Shown here one piece after another: positions 60,348 through 64,000 of a DNA stretch of 64,000 nt. Where the stretch lies: NCBI GenBank assembly GCA_965207065.1, contig OZ242260.1:960001-1024000 (forward strand). The letters are read 5' to 3'. The stretch is from a bacterium (lineage in GTDB: Bacteria > UBA8248). The notes beneath the pieces were generated by a model that worked only from the letters and a program-made list of their open reading frames with translations, searched no databases and had not been told where the DNA came from. A program made the translations under genes and the position numbers. Within the stretch, counting starts at the first letter, position 1. Each line of letters begins with the position of its first letter.

Positions 60348-61664
60348 TTACCTCGACATGGGTGACCATGCGGGTTCCTGTCCGGGCTGAAGCCGCTTGA
60401 GCTGCGTACCGGCTGATGTCATGACGTAGACGTACTTCCTGCCGCTCCTATCGGAGGAGAAGGCGATGTGCCGGCCGTCCGGGGACCAGGTGGGCGACTC
60501 GTTTCGCCCCTGGCTGCCCGTCAGGCGGCGCACATCTCTGCCGTCGGGGGTCATGGTGACGATGTCGATTTCCTTGCCCCGTTTGATTCGGCTCGTCAGG
60601 GCGATTCTGTCCCCCCGGGGACTCCACTCGGGTTCGGTATTGTATTTTCTCGTGTATTTTCCTTTGTACGTGATGCGCCTCGGGTTGGAGCCGTCCACGT
60701 TCATGACGTAGATGTGGGGATTTCCCGAACGGCTCGACGTGAAGGCGATTTTCTTGCCGTCCGGCGAGAACGTGGGAGATACGTCGATGCCGTAGTTCCG
60801 CGTGAGCCTCCTTTTTACGCGAGTGCGCAGGTCGTAGCGGAAAATCTCGTAGTTTCGCCCCACGAACTCGGCGAAAGCGAAGTAGCGCGAATCCGGAGAA
60901 AAAGCGCCTCCGACGGCCTGCGCGCGAGAAGAACTTACCTTGAACTCGCGCGCGCCGTTCGTGGGCAGCAAAAATACGCCGGGTGGTTTGGACTTGAACG
61001 AAGAATACGCCATCCATCTCCCGTCCGGCGACCACGCGGGCGCGTTGTTTCCCATGCCGTTGCGCGTCACGCGCCTGAGCTGGGCGCCATCCCAGTCCAT
61101 GATGTAGATCTTACCGCGATCCTTGAGCGAACGCCTCGAGACGAACGCGATCTGGGTGTCGAACACCCCCTTCTCGCCCGTGAAGCGTTCGATCACCGCG
61201 TTGGCGAACCGGTGGGCCATCAATCGCCAGCCGCTCTTGGAATACCGATACCGCTTGCCGAGCTCCTGGGCGGAGCGGTGGGTATCGTAGAGGTAGACTT
61301 CCGCCGTGATGGTATTTCCCGAAATGGTGTAGCCGCCCTTGATGAGGGCCTCCACCTTCACAACTTTGCTCCAGTCGGAGAAGCGCTGCTCGTCCTTTCG
61401 AATCCCGGCGCGCAGGGGATTCTCGAGATAGCCCTTGCGGTCGGGGATGAAGAACAAGCCGCTGCGCCTGAGGTCTGATTCAATGACTTTCGCGATCTTC
61501 AGGCCCAGCGGGTCGCGCTCCGTATCAAGTGGGCGGAACTCAGGGACAGCCAATCGTATCTTTCTGGCCGCCGGGGAGTAGATGTCGATGAACACACGCG
61601 CGGCGTCCGAAGCTTGCGGCCATGTGAACAATATGATGAAGAGCAAAATCGCCCGACGAAGCAT
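60348..61664 (-). CDS. tolB: Tol-Pal beta-propeller protein TolB
   Basis: Signal peptide, AHRFAN...TGEKGVFDTQIAF and repeated P-W/F-SPDG. Confidence 0.93.
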   Translation of the reverse strand: MLRRAILLFIILFTWPQASDAARVFIDIYSPAARKIRLAVPEFRPLDTERDPLGLKIAKVIESDLRRSGLFFIPDRKGYLENPLRAGIRKDEQRFSDWSKVVKVEALIKGGYTISGNTITAEVYLYDTHRSAQELGKRYRYSKSGWRLMAHRFANAVIERFTGEKGVFDTQIAFVSRRSLKDRGKIYIMDWDGAQLRRVTRNGMGNNAPAWSPDGRWMAYSSFKSKPPGVFLLPTNGAREFKVSSSRAQAVGGAFSPDSRYFAFAEFVGRNYEIFRYDLRTRVKRRLTRNYGIDVSPTFSPDGKKIAFTSSRSGNPHIYVMNVDGSNPRRITYKGKYTRKYNTEPEWSPRGDRIALTSRIKRGKEIDIVTMTPDGRDVRRLTGSQGRNESPTWSPDGRHIAFSSDRSGRKYVYVMTSAGTQLKRLQPGQEPAWSPMSR

Positions 61665-61708
61665 CCGTCCCTCCCGCAGGTGTGTTCTGGATTGAATTTT
61701 TTCTTGCA

Positions 61709-62770
61709 TCAACGGCAAAAATCCTTTCCGCAGAATCGAAAGCCGAGTAAAAGCCAGTTTTCCTTAATCGTGTCGGGCGGCTTGGGCAGGGAGGGCTTGG
61801 CGGCCCGCTCCACGGCGCGCAACGCCGCCTGGTCGTAAACATGGCTCCCGCTGTAGCGCACGATCCGCAAATTACGGTAATTCCCTTGCCGGTCCACGTC
61901 TATCGTGACGTCGGTCTTGAGTTTGCCCAGGTCCGTGATATTTGGCGGCACTATCCAGAGGCCCCGAATGCGTTCCGCCAGAAGTCCATAATACCGCTCC
62001 GTATCCGTTCGAGCGACGCCGCCGCTGCCTCCCGCGCGACTGCCGCCGCCCTGGCCGTCGCCTCCCCCTTCTCCGGCGTATCCCTTCGAAGGCGCCCGTC
62101 TCCTGGGAGCTACGTCCGCTTTCGCCAGACGATCATCGCTCTTCCAGTCATCGCGGGGGCGTTTTTTCGTTTTAACCGGCGTGTTTTTTTCGTTTTTCTT
62201 GAATCGATTGCGCCAGCGCCTGGCCCGCGCACGGCGATCGCGTATTCTTTTGAGGCGCGCCTCGCGCACAGGGTCGCGCTTTTTCTTCTTCCGCGCAACC
62301 TTTTTGCTCTTCTTCTCCTTGCCTGTCTTGATGCGCCGAACTTCCTTGGGAGGTTTTTTCTTCCGGACGACCTTTTTCTTCTTCACCTTGGCGGGCGCGG
62401 GTTTTTTCTCGGGCGCCGCTACCTTTCTCGTTCCCTCGTCCGGCCCTTTTCGGGGGACGGGCGCTTCCATATCTTCCGGCCGATCGCCGGATTTGCCCCG
62501 CGCCGAACCGCCCGGAATTTCATCCGCTCCCACCAGGCTTACGGCCGTTCCACCTCCGAAATGCCGGTACTTCGGCTGAGAGGGCGCCAGGCTCACCCAG
62601 ACGAAGAGTGAGACGTGCAAAACAACGGAAGCCGCCAGCGCCCTGAGAAAGCGGCTATCGCGAAGCAGGCCGCCGTTTTTTCCGGCCGCGTTCCGAGGAT
62701 TTCCGCCCGCACGGACCGGGTTCGCTCCTGATGAATCGGGATCTTGCGAGAATTCGGGTTTGTTATTCAT
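61709..62770 (-). CDS. tolA: TolA/TonB-like energy transducer
   Basis: TM helix with SxxxH (SVVLH), long linker, and C-terminal domain SG...YDQAALRAV...P.PP. Lies between tolR and tolB. Confidence 0.8.
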   Translation of the reverse strand: MNNKPEFSQDPDSSGANPVRAGGNPRNAAGKNGGLLRDSRFLRALAASVVLHVSLFVWVSLAPSQPKYRHFGGGTAVSLVGADEIPGGSARGKSGDRPEDMEAPVPRKGPDEGTRKVAAPEKKPAPAKVKKKKVVRKKKPPKEVRRIKTGKEKKSKKVARKKKKRDPVREARLKRIRDRRARARRWRNRFKKNEKNTPVKTKKRPRDDWKSDDRLAKADVAPRRRAPSKGYAGEGGGDGQGGGSRAGGSGGVARTDTERYYGLLAERIRGLWIVPPNITDLGKLKTDVTIDVDRQGNYRNLRIVRYSGSHVYDQAALRAVERAAKPSLPKPPDTIKENWLLLGFRFCGKDFCR

Positions 62771-62785
62771 GAGACTACTGACTTC

Positions 62786-63226
62786 TCAGCGTCTGCGCCG
62801 CCCGCCCCGAGAGGATTCCAGGGGGTCGGTCACCATGTTGAGGCGGCTAATGCCCGCCGCGCGAATGATGGACATGACCTCTACCACTTCGCCGTAAGGA
62901 ACCGCGCGATCCGCCCTGAGAAAGATCTCCTTGCGCTTCCTGTCCTTGAAGAGCACCATGAGCTTCTCCTTGAGTTCGGAGGCGGCCAGTGGGTTATCAT
63001 TTATATACATGTCTCGTTTTTTGTCCAACGTGATGACGACGGCGTCCTCGGCCACGTTCGCCTTCGCCGCCTGCACCTGCGGCAAATCCACGCCCACGGC
63101 CTGGTTCTGCGTCTCAAGCAGGGGCGCCGTGACCATGAAGATCACCAGCAACACCAGCATTACGTCCACGAGCGGGGTAACGTTGATGTCCGAGATGCTC
63201 GAACCGCGGTTCAGCTTAACGGCCAA
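62786..63226 (-). CDS. tolR: TolR/ExbD
   Basis: Motifs INVTPLVDVMLVLLVIFMVTAP and LRADRAVPYG. Confidence 0.93.
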   Translation of the reverse strand: MAVKLNRGSSISDINVTPLVDVMLVLLVIFMVTAPLLETQNQAVGVDLPQVQAAKANVAEDAVVITLDKKRDMYINDNPLAASELKEKLMVLFKDRKRKEIFLRADRAVPYGEVVEVMSIIRAAGISRLNMVTDPLESSRGGRRRR

Positions 63227-63241
63227 GGGTGCCTCCGCTCG

Positions 63242-63991
63242 TCACAAACGCATGAAATGGCGGTCGACCAGGTTGAGGAAGTCCGCCGTGAAGTTTTCGA
63301 TTTCATCCGCGATCACCTTCACGCGGCCCTGGTAGTGATTATAGGCGATCACGGCAGGGATGGCCGCCAGCAGCCCGAGCGCCGTGGCGATGAGCGCCTC
63401 ACTGATGCCCGGCGCGACGACGGCGAGCCCGGCGGAACCCCTCGCGCCGATCTCGCGGAACGAATTCATGATGCCCCACACCGTGCCGAACAGGCCGATG
63501 AAAGGCGTGGCGCTCGCCGTGGTGGCCAGAAAGGTCAGCATGCGCTCGAGCCTTCCCACCTGTTCGTTCGCTGCGCGCCTCAGCGCGCGCTCGACGCTCT
63601 CCACTCCCGTCATTTCCGAGGTGAGTACGCCCGAATCCGCCTCCCCGTCGCGGGCGCGCGTTTTCAGCAACTGCTCGGCTTCCTGATAACCCGCAGCGAA
63701 CACCTCGCCCACCGGGCTGCCCTCGTGCTCGGTGAGTTCCTCATACAGCCTGTCGAGTCGCTTGGATCGCCAGAACGCATCGACGAACATCGCCGAGCGA
63801 CGCCTCGCTCCCCGAAGCTCCCAGAACTTCCAGATGATGATGGCCCACGAAGAGAGCGAGAAGAAAACAAGCACCAGCAATACGAAAAACACCATGCCGC
63901 CCGATTGGGTGGCGAGGGTGATGACGTCCATTTCTTCTTGAAGCGGTGCGAGCGGCGCGGATTCGCCGGCAGGCAAGGCGGCCGCGGCCAA
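63242..63991 (-). CDS. tolQ: TolQ; start uncertain, may extend past the window end
   Basis: Motifs SWAII, TPFIGLFGTVWGIM, VAPGISEAL and AIPA. Confidence 0.93.
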   Translation of the reverse strand: MAAAALPAGESAPLAPLQEEMDVITLATQSGGMVFFVLLVLVFFSLSSWAIIIWKFWELRGARRRSAMFVDAFWRSKRLDRLYEELTEHEGSPVGEVFAAGYQEAEQLLKTRARDGEADSGVLTSEMTGVESVERALRRAANEQVGRLERMLTFLATTASATPFIGLFGTVWGIMNSFREIGARGSAGLAVVAPGISEALIATALGLLAAIPAVIAYNHYQGRVKVIADEIENFTADFLNLVDRHFMRL

Positions 63992-64000
63992 AATCGGGAA

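Overview
A 64-kb bacterial chromosomal window from a diderm (Gram-negative) organism, shown by a complete tolQ-tolR-tolA-tolB-pal-cpoB cluster. About 55 credible CDS. Housekeeping and repair genes: rlmD-like, lexA, dinB, uvrA, typA, glyA, galU, ligA, cyclophilin and a CNNM pair. Accessory catabolic and redox genes: hydantoinase A/B, a TauABC-like ABC system with two permeases, two SDRs, RidA, GGT, a xanthine-dehydrogenase-family Mo subunit, two luciferase-like monooxygenases, an amidase, a four-gene aldehyde:ferredoxin oxidoreductase operon, a CoA transferase and four EamA transporters. No rRNA, tRNA or CRISPR array was recognised. The most notable signals are: (1) a lower-GC two-gene cassette pairing a VapC-like PIN nuclease with an unusually large 313-aa partner that ends in an antitoxin-like acidic tail, a candidate TA/defence module; (2) short non-coding elements bounded by IS1182-type ends that carry GTAG-REP palindromes as cargo, one of which has an intact IS1182 nested in a hairpin loop; (3) a divergent AOR operon; (4) an AT-hook-like insert in UvrA; (5) a histidine-kinase-like protein lacking the phospho-acceptor His. 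All calls come from motif recognition by eye and no database searches were run.
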